Source: Lama glama
Taxonomy: Eukaryota
Direction of reading: 5' to 3'
Length of the DNA: 64,000 bases
Assembly: GCA_028534125.1 (NCBI GenBank)
Contig: CM052816.1
Span: 32,614,001-32,678,000 of the forward strand
Shown here: one piece after another, positions 12,161-23,950 of the stretch
Layout of the letters: each line of letters starts with the position of its first letter
Numbering within the stretch: the stretch's first letter is position 1
The notes under the pieces: model-generated
Seen by the model: only the letters and a program-made list of their open reading frames with translations
Database searches by the model: none
Told to the model about the DNA's origin: nothing
Program-made: the position numbers and the translations under genes

Positions 12161-12900
12161 TGTTAGGGGAAACACACCCAGTAAAAAATGTACTTTATTT
12201 GTTGAGGGCTTGCAGGCAGACATCTGAGAGCCCAGAAATGGGGGTCGTTGGACCTTAAAGGATGTCAGTTGGCCCCACAGTTGTGGCCTAGGCAGAGAGG
12301 TGAGAAACTGCCCAGAGAGATGAGAAGCTGCCCAGAGCAGCGAGGAGCCCCGAGTCACTGCACCCACCAGCCACTGCGTGGAAGAGGGCTTTTCTGAGAG
12401 AAACGGGGAAGAGTGGTGCACTGTCAACATTTCTGCATTTTGCTCTCCAGACAACAGAAGAAATCAGGATGACAGGCAGAGTCCCCTGCTGGGGGAAAGC
12501 AGCTCTTTTCAGTCCAGTTTAGAGAGTTGAAGTGGGGAGGAAAATGGCGTCGTCCCAAATGCACTTCCATTTGTCCAGGATGTGGGAGGGAGTCAGGAAG
12601 GGGCAGCAAGCCAGCACGGCTCCAAACGGACGGCCCCTGGGACTTGAAACTGTTGGGCTGGATGGGACCAGCCGTGTACACAAAGCCACTGCAGCTTTCC
12701 GATCCAGGTCTGTGACTGCAGAGATGGAAACTGATTTGTCAGGGACCCCAGGGGGTGCTTAGAAACCAGAAACCAGAAGTACTGGGAAATGGTGAGTGAG
12801 CTGAGATAGCCTGCTTGCAAAATTGCACAGGGAAGAGAAACCCCAGAGGGGTTTTGCATTCTAGGTCACGTCTAGGGGCTGCTACCAAGAGGGCTGTGCC
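12161..12900 (-). mobile_element. Possible second LTR-like element, reverse orientation
   Basis: Starts 'tgttagggga' with AATAAA on - at 12194-12199; G-rich body; right boundary uncertain. Confidence 0.35.
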
Positions 12901-13839
12901 TGGAAAGCAGGTAACCTGCAGCTGTGTGTCCAGACTCACAAACCCCAGAGCAGAGAAGTCTTGAGGATGGTTCTCGTGTATGCTGTGTGGAATCAAACTT
13001 CTACACAATTACAGAACCGCCTTTTTCACAACTGAGCCACAGGCAGGAACTCTATGTTTCCTTAAGGTTGACTCAAAGTTTCCAGCTTGTGGGAAACAAG
13101 GGAGAGGGGAAAGGAGGGTTTGTCATCACGTTCATCCCCACCTGGTTTCTCTTCTCTGGGCCTGGTTTCAAAACACATATATACATAATTCTCACCTGTG
13201 AAATTAACTTGACTTTAAATTTCATATTGATTTTATTTTTTTTAAGTTTCCATTCAGATGAATATTTTTCACCAGTGGAATGTCTATCGAAAGACGCAGG
13301 GAATCTATTTTAGGAACATTTTCTTAACATTTTCCTCCTCTTGGGAGGAAGGAGAAAATACTTAAAACACTGGAAATTTTAACATTGGATTTAATTTTAC
13401 AAAGCTGCAAAATAATTAGAACTCCAAAGCAAAAAATCTGGGGGAGAGACCGTTACCCTTTATTTAAATGGAAAACAAATTAATCTCTAGAAGAGAAGCT
13501 TTTTTTCATGGGACCCCGGTGCTATGACTTTAATGATGCTGCTAATACCCCAGTACTACTTGCTGTCATAAATAGGTGCTACTGTTAATATTATTGTTAA
13601 AATTACCATTGTTAGGCAAATACTCTAAAGCCACACTGATTTATTTCAGCAACCATATACATTTAGGGCTTCTAGATCTTGTAGGTCAAACACTCTTATT
13701 TTAATAATGCATCACATTGACATAGCATTTTCCAGTTTTCACCTCACTTTCAGGCACATTATCTCACACTGTTTTCTCAAAATAGTCTTCTGAGACAGAC
13801 AAAAGCAAGCATTGTCATTTTTGTTTTGTTTTCAGCTAG

Positions 13840-14235
13840 CTCATTTCTTGAAAAATACACTCATGCATATGGCAACAAATTCAAGTAGAAGTGCGTAAAT
13901 AGAAAGTTAAGTCTCTCTTAACGTGTCCCCACCCAGTCTCCTCCAGAGATATAACTACAGCTAAGAGTCTCTGTCCTTTTAGAAATACTTTGTACACACT
14001 AACCCCATTCTATGTCTGTCCTTTAAAAATAAACTCACGCCCACGGAAGCAGACTCTTCCCTGGTTCGTGCCTTGCTTTTTTCAATTAACCAGTAACTTG
14101 GAGATCTTCAGTAAGAATATACAGAGCTGTACCTCATTCTTTGACAGTCTATGTAACTGGTCCCCTAGTGATGGGTATTTAGGCTACATCCAGGGTTTTC
14201 TGTTACAAACAATGCTACAAGGAGCAACATTAGCA
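13840..14235 (-). mobile_element. Old L1ME 3' fragment
   Basis: 'gtcccctagtgatgggtatttaggctacatccagggttttctgttacaaacaatgctacaa'. Confidence 0.65.
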
Positions 14236-14279
14236 AAAACTTACATTGTGCTTTCTTGGTGTTTTTCATGCATAGGAAG

Positions 14280-14460
14280 TCAATTTATCCTCACAATTGT
14301 CCTATGACACAGAAACTAACAGTACTCCATTTTAAAGATGAGAAGATAGGCAGAGAGATGAGTAATTTACCCAAAGTCACACAGCTAGTAAGTGGCTTTA
14401 ATTTGCAAGAATTTGAATCCACACAGTCTGGCTCTAAGACCTAAATACAGTGTACTTCCT
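14280..14460 (-). mobile_element. MIR
   Basis: 'ccattttaaagatgagaagataggcagagagatgagtaatttacccaaagtcacacagctagtaagtggc...atttgaatccacacagtctggctc'. Confidence 0.85.
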
Positions 14461-15644
14461 CTCGTATTTTCCCTGTGTGTTTAGATCTGAAAAGCCAGAC
14501 CACACTTCATAGCTGGGGCGACTGAGACCAGAGGAGTTGGTGCTCAGTGCTGCCCAGCCAAGCAGTGACAGAGCCCCATGAGAAACCTGGTCTCCCAAGT
14601 CCCAGACCCTGGCTCATTCCACTGCCCTTCTGGACCTGCCAGCACCTCCAGAATGTTGTCTTTTTGAATTCCAGAGAAGTTCTGGACACTTGAAGATGAA
14701 TGGAGTGTCTACACTGAGCAGCTGGTTTAGGAGAGTCTTTCCAAGACCTGGGGCCATGATGAGGGGATACATTTCTCAGGGTCTTTCTCACACTCAGCTC
14801 CTGCACTAGTAGATACTCAGTTAAAGCAAGTGTTACCACAGAATAGCTTTAATATAAAAATGTGCTTTTTGAGTTGCAAGTTTAGAGATAAATTACGTCA
14901 AATTTTATTCAATATTACCACTCATTTTTGGCTGTTGCCACACACACACAAAATGTATTAAACCATGCAAGTTTAGACTAAAGAAAGTATGCCCGATTTA
15001 ATCCTGCATGACTACTCATTTACCTCAGAGAAAGTGACGTGGAACCAAGATTCTCCCCCCCGGCTTGTCTGTGGCGCAGCTGTGCTCTGTATGTGAAACC
15101 ATCTTCCATGGGCTGGGCAGCCCTTGAGAGTTGTAAGCAGAACTATTTTCAAGCACCCCTTGAGTTTAAATAGTTTAATAATCTCCTTCAGATCTTTACC
15201 CCACCCTGTTCCTGGCCTTACTTAGTTATGAATACCTTAGATGAAAAGGCTGGAAGGCTCCTTAGAACCATCTAGTTTCATCTTTCATCATCCTACGGCC
15301 TCACGTTGCCTAGTATTTACTCTCTTCCAATCACTTCGCCACTTATATGGTCCTGTGACTCCCAGGAGCACCCTATGAGAGCAGGTACTGTGTCTTCATA
15401 AGTTTTCTATCCCCTTCACCTAAGCAGGGCTTGTCCCACAGCGGCAGTTCCACAAATATTTGTTGAATCCTTCCCTGTTTCTCTGTTGCCCTTAAATTTC
15501 CCCACACTGTTGTCCACCTGTCACCAGGAAACCTCAGCTCTTCCAGCAGTGATGCAGGCTTGATGAACTGGACTCCCTGCATTTACTGCCAAAAGGAAGA
15601 CTTGAGAAAGGCTTCTGGGCTACCTATTTAGGTTTATCATTTTT

Positions 15645-17090
15645 CTTCATTCATTCATCAGTTGTGCACCTACTATGTGCCAGGTAGACTGCCAGGCACT
15701 GGGTGTGCCAAAATGGACAAGAATGTCAGAGAGCTACAGTCCTGTGTGAATGACAGATACAACATGGAACACACAAAAACAGAATCACAGCTCCTGGCAT
15801 GTGCACTGAAGGTGCTGTGAGAGAGACTACCACAGGACGTGTTATGTAGACTAGGAGATCAGGGAAGGCATCTCTGAAGAAATGATATTTAAGTTGAGAC
15901 CTAAGGCTGTGAAAGGGATCCAGCTGCTCACAGAGGAGGGAGGAAGAGAAGGCTGGCTGAGGGAACAGCGTGTACAGAGTCACCAAATGCAAGAAAGAGC
16001 TTGGAGTAGGAAACACCTCTGGTGCCCAGCGTTACATCCCCGCAGCTCTCCTCTGTTTCAGCCACAGCTGTGGTGGGCAGTCCCTGACAGCGCAAACTCA
16101 CCACTGGTGACAGTCACCCAGTGAGCATCTGAGCATCTTTCTGCTTTCTCTGATAATGGTGCAGCCCAGAAATGCTGGGATATTAATGCTCCCCCCCTAA
16201 CCCTGCCAGGCAACCCTCAACTGTGGGACACAGGAGCTGGCAGACAGATGTCCTCCCCTCCTTCAGGTTAACATCTCTGGGAGGCATTTTATATACTTCT
16301 TAGGAGGTCTCAGCAAAAGAGAGTCCTGTTGCCCATAACAGCTATCTCTAAAAATGTACTCCTTGCTTTTCCCCTTCTTTTCTTTCTTATTCTTCTCATC
16401 ACCTCACTCCTTTTGGATCACCAACCTGCCCCCTACTTCCAGTTTGCCCCTAAGTCACTTCAGAGGAGCTTGATCTAGGTTACACACACATTAGGGGAAC
16501 TGAAGAAAGATCTGAAAGGGAGTGAGCAAGGAGGAGAGTAAAGCAAGATGAGGCTGCAGTTGTAGGATGGGGGCAGACTGTGCAGAGTTGAGCATGTTAT
16601 ACTGCATGTTTCTGGGTGGAGGCTGGGAGCAGAGTTGAGAATGTTATCCTGCATGTTTTGTAGCAGTTGTACAAAACAGGAGGCTCTAACATTAGTCCAG
16701 GCAACAGAAGATGGCAACCTGTACTGGAATGTTAGGAGAGGTGATAAAAAGAGATGAACAGGTTGGGATATAGTTTAAAAGTAGAATGATCTGCACTTGC
16801 TGATGGATTGGGTTAGAGAAAGGAAGAGATCAGGGATGACTTAGCTTGAGCAACTGAGTAGATGGTGATAACATTTAACTGAGAATGGAAGGATGGGTGA
16901 AGGAACAAGACTGAGCAGGAAAATCAGGAGTGTCCCAAAATATGAGATGTCTGTGTGACATCCAAGTGGAAAACATCAAGTATGCATTTGGATAGGAGAC
17001 TTGTGGTATCACACAATCCAAGAGAGGAGAGTGTTTCAAGAAGGAAGGGGTGGTCAGCTCTTCTGAATTCTGCTCAGAAGTGGGATAATC
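15645..17090 (-). mobile_element. Extended L2 fragment interrupted by an LTR
   Basis: 'ttcattcattcatcagttgtgcacctactatgtgccagg', 'gatcagggaaggcatctctgaagaaatgatatttaagttgagacct', 'cttgctgatggattgg', 'tgagatgtctgtgtgacatccaagtggaaa'. Confidence 0.8.
16069..16480 (+). mobile_element. ERVL LTR (LTR16-like) nested in L2
   Basis: 'gtgcagcccagaaatgctgggatattaatgctcccc...caaccctcaac...ctgggaggcattttatatacttc' resembles the LTR16 family. Confidence 0.6.
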
Positions 17091-17412
17091 TGAGGATATA
17101 GAACTGGCATCATCTCTCCTATCTTTCATCAGCAGTAAATCACAAAAGGCACACACTCTCGGGCCAGGCATCTCAAGTGCAGCAAAGGGACTCCTGAAAA
17201 CTAGCAGACTGACGCAAGGCAGAAACTACATTCTTTGTGTGGACTGGGAGACGTCTCACTCAGATATCCCGAGATCTGTGCGCCTCTGTCTGCCTGGTGT
17301 CTTCTCTTCTGAGTCTATATTCCTTTTCTAGTCCACTGTACTTCTGGCTGTGCTCTGAGTCCTTGAGTTCTTCCAGCCCCGAGGAAGCTATTATAATAGT
17401 TTTCTGGAGTAA

Positions 17413-17783
17413 TGTATTAATTTTCTAGGGCTGCCATAACAAATACAACTGGATGAATTCAACAGCAAACATTTAAACCATTCTGAGGTTAGCAGTACAA
17501 GCTCAAGGTGTCAACAAAGTTGTTTTTATTCTGAGGCCTCTCCTTGGCTTGTAGGTGGCCGTCTTCATCCTTGTCTTCACACAGTCTTCCCTCTGTGTGC
17601 GTATGTGTCCTAACTCCTTCTTAAAAGGGCATCAGTCATATTGGATTACGGCCCACCCTCATGACCTCATTTAACCTTAATTACCTCTTTAAAGACCCTG
17701 TCTCCAAAACAGTTGGATTCTGAGGTGCCTGGGGGTTAAGACATTGACATGAAATTTGTGGGGATACAATTCAGCCCATGACA
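17413..17783 (-). mobile_element. MaLR solo LTR (MLT1B-like)
   Basis: 'tgtattaattttctagggctgccataacaaatac...ccaccctcatgacctcatttaaccttaattacctctttaaagaccctgtctccaaa...acaattcagcccatgaca'. Confidence 0.9.
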
Positions 17784-17943
17784 GGTATATTATTCTTTCT
17801 TCAAGTCGTAGCCATGATTCAAGAATCTCACCATCCTACGCCTACCTTTCCAAGCTCTCCACGTCACAGATCTATAAACGTACTCACCTTCTAAACACTC
17901 CTCAACTTTCCGTATTTCTCTTACTCACTGCTTTCCTCTTTTA

Positions 17944-19082
17944 AAATTTTTTAATACAGTTTTCAAGGTTACTTTCCATTTACAGTTACTACAAAATCTT
18001 GGCTGTATTTGCTGTGTTATATAATATATCCTTGAGCCTGTCTTATACCCAATTGTTTGAACCTCCCACTCCCCAACCTCTATTTTGCCCTTTCCCCCAC
18101 TGGTAGCCATGAGTATGTCTCTATATCTGTGAGTCTGCTTTTTTTATGTTATATACACTGTTATATTTTTTATTTTATATTTGTTATATTTTTTAGATTC
18201 CATATATAAGTGGTATCATACAGTATTTGTCTTTCTCTGTCTGACTTATTTCAATTAGCATAGTGACCTTCAAGTCCATCCATGCTGCTGCAAATGGCAA
18301 CATTTTGTCCTTTTTATGGCTGAGTAGTATTCCACTGTGTATGTATATGTGTACATATATACATACATACATCTTTTTTATCCATTCATCTGTTGATGGA
18401 CACTTACATTGTTCCCAGATCTTGGCTATTGTAAATAATGCTGCTATGACCATTGGGTTGCATGTGTCTTTTCAAATTAGTGTTCTTGGTTTTTTGGATA
18501 TATACCCAGGGATGGAATTGCTGGGTCATATGGTAGTTATGACTTTTATGTTTCTTGAGGAACCTCCATACTGTTTTCCACAGTAGCTGCACCAATTTAC
18601 ATTCCCACCAACAGTGTATATGGGTTCTCTTTTCTCCACATCCTTTCCAACATTTGTTATTTGTAGACTTTTTGTTGATAACCATTCTGACAGGTGTGAG
18701 GTGATACCTCATTGTGGTTTTGATTTGCATTTTCCTGATGATCAGCGATGTTGAGCATCTTTTCATGTGCCTGAGAGCTATCTGCATTTCCTCTTCAGAA
18801 AAATGTCTATTCAGTTCTTCTGTCCATTTTTTTATCTGGTCATTTTTTTTTTGATGTTGAGTTGTGTGAACTATTTGTATATGTTGGCAATTAATCCCTT
18901 ATCAGTCATATCATTGGCAAATATTTTCTCTAAGTCAGTAAGTTGTCTTTAGTTTTGTTGATGGTTTTCTTTGCCGTGCAAAAGCTTTTAAGTTTAATTA
19001 GGTCCCATTTGTTTATTTTTACTTTTATTTCCTTTACTTTAGGAGACGAATCCAAAAAATTATTGCTGCAATTTATGTCAAA
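17944..19082 (-). mobile_element. 5'-truncated L1 (ORF2 C-terminal region and 3'UTR)
   Basis: Minus-strand ORFs translate as L1 ORF2: [77 protein letters not shown]; frameshifted, non-functional. Confidence 0.95.
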
Positions 19083-19889
19083 TTGCTGCTCTTTTATGTA
19101 GCCTCTAGCTTTCTTTGTTTGTCCGTTGAGTCTTGCTATGATCACTGAGATTTAAAGTTGCCACACTCTTGATCTCTGTACACAGTAACTCATCAGGGAT
19201 ACACAGACCGGTCTCAGGAAAAATTCACTAAGCTACACAGGCCTTTCTTCACTGAAGTGGAGTGCTCAATGCCATAGGAGGTTAGCTTTCCAGAAGCAGT
19301 CCTTCTCTTCAATTTAGATTAGCCAGTGATGGCTAATACTCTAAGACTATATCTGTCGTGGGGGAAAAAGATGCATTTCATGGCTGTCCCCTGAGAAGAT
19401 ATGATTGTGAAATTAGAGAAATTGAAAGGATCCACATCTTGCAGCCAGATTTTGAGGATAATCAGAGACGCTCTCCAACCCCTAAGTCACCCAAGTACCT
19501 TCCTTCAACAGTTGGCCTCCCCATAACTCCCTCGAGTTATATAATTTTTATTAGATCCTTACTCTGTTCAAAAGTTCTAAGTGTCACTTTCTTGCTTATT
19601 TCATCTAGACTTCCTCCTTTTAAAGTCTTCTATAAGCCAACCCAACAATACTACCACCCATATGATAAAACAACTTCTCCACCAATTCAGACCTTTCTCT
19701 TTATAGTTATGAAAGTTGATCTTGCTTCTTTCCACCTGCCCTTACTTGGAATGCTCTCCTCAGTGCAGGTCCTGCTCTTTACTGGAACTCTACCTGCCAC
19801 TATATTCCACACTTCACATTATTCTCTTTAAAATCCCAGAACCCTTGGTATCCATCCATAATTCCACCTTTTACCTCACCTTGATTTTT

Positions 19890-20255
19890 TTTCCCTTTTT
19901 TATTGAAGTGTAGTTGCTTTATGATATTGTGTTAGTTTCACATGTACAGCAAAATGATTCAGTTGTATATATTTTTTCAGATTATATTCCATTAGAGGTT
20001 ATTACAGGATATTGAATATAATTCTTCATGCTATACAGTAAATCTTTCTTATTTATCTATTTTATGTATAATAGTGTGTATCTGTTAATCCCATACTCCC
20101 AATTTGTGTCTGTCCTCCTCCCTCTCCCCTTTGATAGCCACAGTCTGCCTTCTGTGTCTATGAGTCTGTTTCTGCTTTGTATACAAATTCATTCGTATTA
20201 TTTTTTAGATTCCATGTAGAAGTGATAAAATATTTGTCTTTCTCTGCCTGACCTA
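19890..20255 (-). mobile_element. Short L1 3' end with perfect TSD
   Basis: Antisense L1 3'UTR ('ttttattgaagtgtagttg...ttttttagattccatgtagaagtgat') flanked by 18-bp tacctcaccttgattttt at 19872-19889 and 20256-20273. Confidence 0.92.
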
Positions 20256-20319
20256 TACCTCACCTTGATTTTTAATCCCATTCTGTCTGAAGTTTCTTTT
20301 CCAAATTATATAAAGTCTA

Positions 20320-20915
20320 CTCTAGTTTCACTGCCTGCCACTGACCTAGGTCAGTCCCTTACTATCTCTCATCAGAATGATTTTAATAACACTTAACTGG
20401 TCTGATACAGTCCCTCCTCTACTTTGAAGTCCTTCAGAAGCTCTCAGGATGAAGTTCATTCCCTTAACTAGTACACATAATTTCTCATGCCCCAGCTTCT
20501 CTGACCATTCCAGCTTCCTCTCTCAGCTCTCTCCTCCCTTAGCATCACACACAACTTTGACCCCAGTCACCTGGAGCCCCTTGTTCCCTGGACATCTTGT
20601 GCTGAATCATGCCACCCATGTGCCTGGAATGTGCTTCCATGCTTCATTTACCTACCATTTTTTAGACTCAGCTATAGTAAAACCTCCTCCAGGAAGTCTT
20701 CCCTCATTTAGATGCCCCTGTCCTTGCCTCCAAGCCGCTCTATTCCTACACTCCCAGCCCTTGTTGGCCTATTCTGTAAGCACTGGTTCACTTCAGCAGC
20801 AGGGGCTGTGTCTTTTCTGTATTGGTATCCCTAGTACCCAGCATTATAGCTGGCACAAAATAATAATAAAGTAGGCCACAAATATTTGCCCAATCATGGG
20901 AAGAATTAATGAATT
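20320..20915 (+). mobile_element. L2 fragment
   Basis: 'acctcctccaggaagtcttccct', 'gtatccctagtacccagcattatagctggcaca...aaatatttg'. Confidence 0.65.
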
Positions 20916-21402
20916 ATTGATTTCCTGCCTATTGTTTGTCTTTCTTCTAATTGATTCTATGTATTGGTGCCATAGTAATCTTCCTATTAGAACAGATATC
21001 TTATATCTTCCCTTCCCAAAAGCCACTCCTGGCTCATCATAGCTAACAAAATGCAGCCTCTTCAATTTAGAATTCAAGATGCTTGGCAATCTGATCCCTA
21101 CTCTGCATATACCCCAGTTCTACTTGCCATTTTGTAAGAATGTCTCCTTTGCTTTCCAAACCCTGGTTATTGACTCAAACCTAAATGGCCTGCCTGGAAT
21201 GGTGTCCTTTTGTGTCCCCCCTCCTGTGATCTCCTGTCAATGCCCAACCCATTCTCCTAGCCATGGGTGGAATCCCATCTCCTCTAAAAAGACATTCCTA
21301 GATTCCTCCTCTGCCTGAGTCAGAATTAATCTTTCCCTCTTTGACTTTTATTAACATTTTGATATTGAAGTATAGTATTCCTTGCTGTTTGCTTTATATT
21401 GG

Positions 21403-21404
<2 letters not shown>

Positions 21405-21445
<41 letters not shown>

Positions 21446-21452
21446 TGTGTGT
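21405..21452. repeat. (GT)19TT(GT)4 microsatellite within an L2 relic
   Basis: Read directly. Confidence 0.97.
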
Positions 21453-21544
21453 TTTCCCACTAGATCATGAACTTCAAGATGATAAGGCCCCCACAGAACC
21501 CAGGACATAGTTCATGCTCAGTAAATGTACTAAACTGAGCCTTT

Positions 21545-21720
21545 TTGTTAGAAAAAGCCCTGAGTTCCAGGCTGGCTCCTATTCCAGACGTGGCTGCTTG
21601 TAACCTTGGGCAGGTCCCTTAACTTCTGTTGGCCTCCCTTGCTTCATCTCTAAAATAAGATTAATCATATCAGGGATGCTGTGAAAATTAATTATTTATC
21701 ATTCTGAAAGTGCCTTGAGA
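21545..21720 (+). mobile_element. MIR
   Basis: 'cctgagttccagg...tgtaaccttgggcaggtcccttaacttctg...cttcatctctaaaataag'. Confidence 0.75.
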
Positions 21721-22214
21721 TCTTTAGAGATTGGCATTTCTATTTTTGTGGCATCTTTCTCACTAGAGCTTGCAGTTCTTTTAAAAGAAACACGCAAAGG
21801 AGAGGCATGGACTGTTCAAAGGACAGTTTTTTCCAGAACCTGAAATAATTACATCCTGTATTTCAGACAAGGTCATCTTTTACCCTTTACAGCAAATGAC
21901 GGAGTCTTGAAGAAGCCTGCTTTTCCTACCAGTGACTTAAAAGTGATTACAGTATTTATGTAGAATTTTTAAAAGATGAGTAAGGGTTCTATCATGCAGA
22001 GAACAGAGATTTCCCTGAGGGGAGAAATAAATGAAGTAAACTTTTAAAATATTCTAAATGTAAATAACCTTTACAAAAACAAGCCACTTGTCTATATGTC
22101 CTAGTCAAAGCCAGCAGTAGAAACACTTACTTTAGTGATTTATTTGTTTCAAGACACTGAAGACGTATCCAAAGTCAAGGGCAAAGGGAGCAAAGTCACT
22201 GATATAATAACTCA

Positions 22215-22400
22215 TGTTTCATACACATTAACTCAGATGTCACAAGACTCTCATGAGGTACTCAGGGCAGGTCTTATTAAACCTGTTTTATAGTTGAGGA
22301 AATCGCAAGGCAGTGTGGTTATGCAACTTGTCCAAGGTCATTCAATTAGCGGTGGAGCCAGGACTCGATCTTTTGACTTAAGTTCAGGCTCCTCCCTTTC
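22215..22400 (-). mobile_element. MIR
   Basis: 'cctgttttatagttgaggaaatc...caacttgtccaaggtcattcaattagcggtggagccaggactcga'. Confidence 0.7.
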
Positions 22401-22721
22401 ACCTCACTACATCTCAGCCCTAGTGCTCTGAGCACTGTGCACAGCACACCGAGGCTACCTGTGAAATATAAGATGGGAGAGCAAAGAGGGTGGGGGACTT
22501 CAGCGAACTTCCTGTGCAGCTTCAAGTCTCTGCTCCCAAACAGGTCCCTTGGCCACTCATATAGGGACCCACCTTTTCCCAGATGCTAGTGTTCTCTCTG
22601 TGCAAGTGAGCTTTATTTTTCTGTCCCCTTCACCTCAGTCTCAGCTCCCCTCTCCTTCCAGGCTTCCTTCCATTGGTTGCTGCTTGGCAGTAACTTGAAA
22701 GTACTGAACTGGGAGAGTGTT

Positions 22722-22787
22722 AATGGTGTCAGAACCCAACACACCCTGCACACAAATGGTGTCAGAACCCAATACACTCTGCACAAA
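22722..22787. repeat. 33-bp tandem duplication (2 copies)
   Basis: aatggtgtcagaacccaacacaccctgcacaca / aatggtgtcagaacccaatacactctgcacaaa. Confidence 0.95.
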
Positions 22788-23224
22788 ACGTCTGAAATGT
22801 TTGAAGTTTGTACCCACAGCACCATCCCCAGTGGTTCTCGGAAGAGAGGACTGGGCACCCAGAGGTTGCAGCTCCTGCACTCTGAAGAGACACCCTTTTA
22901 AAATGTCCATGGTCCAGACATGAACCTCCTAATTTTGCATCCCCTCTGTCCAAACCTCTCCTCTGAAAGCAGAAGTAAGTGAACCAGAGAGAAGGAGTTC
23001 AGCCTCTGAGACTGGAGTGGTTCTTCATCCAGCCTGTCCCATCTGAGGAAGGAAACAAAATTGTTTCCCAGGGTTTGTTCTCTCTCCCACTGTGATTCCC
23101 ACAGCACGTTTCCATCTCTTGCAAATCCTCACCCTGGGCCTTGAGTTATAGTTCTCTGTGACATGTCTTATCTTCCCTATTAGATCATAAGCTTACTGAG
23201 AGCAGGGATGATGTTCACAGTCAT

Positions 23225-23460
23225 GGTAACAATAATGGGAAGCATTGCTTATTGAATACTTCCTGGATGGTGGGTATGGTGCCAATAATTACCGTACAGA
23301 TCAGGCATAATGAATGTTAATGAGAACCTTATAAGGCAGGTATCATTATTTGCATCCAAATTTTACGGCAGAGAAGATAGGGAAGTGGAGAGATTATTTG
23401 TCTGAGATGTAGTATCTAATAATCATCAAAGCCAGGACTAAGAATGAGGTCTGTCATCCT
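23225..23460 (-). mobile_element. MIR
   Basis: 'aacaataatgggaagcattgcttattgaatactt...gagaaccttataaggcaggtatcattatt...ttttacggcagagaagata'. Confidence 0.65.
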
Positions 23461-23789
23461 CTGTGTAACCCTTGAGTGGCCTTATAGGACAACATAATGT
23501 TCACTGAGTTACAACAGGACCTAGGAGTGCACTTAATAGGATGTTGTAAATATTTATTTAATTTGGAAGGCAAATAATAATAATATTACCAGGACCAATG
23601 CTAAATAAAGCTAAATAAATATGTTGTATATTCACTTCCAATCTCCCTCTCTCTCTTTCCTCCCTCCTTCTTCCTCTCTCCCTAACCAAAACATCTTTCT
23701 TTATTTTTCTTTCAATTTATTTATCACAGAAACTGGGTCATGTATCTTGAAGAGTTTCCTCCACTCTAGATTTTGTAGATTATATTATA

Positions 23790-23950
23790 TAATCTTCACA
23801 GCAATCATATGATTAACCCTATGAGGTAGGTACTGTTGTTATCTCCATTTTGCAGGTGACAAAAATATGGCCAATAATGGTGAAAATTGTGCCTAAAGTG
23901 ACTAAGGAGGTGAGAAGTAAGAACACAAACCCGGGTCTCACTCCGAGGCC
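23790..23950 (-). mobile_element. MIR
   Basis: 'aaccctatgaggtaggtactgttgttatctccattttgcaggtgacaaaa'. Confidence 0.75.

Noticed and set aside
19358..19831. 157-aa + strand ORF
   Set aside because: Non-ATG start, no recognisable homology or splice context; consistent with chance
22722..22787. CRISPR-like 33-bp repeat
   Set aside because: Only two adjacent copies with no spacers, in a eukaryotic context with no cas genes
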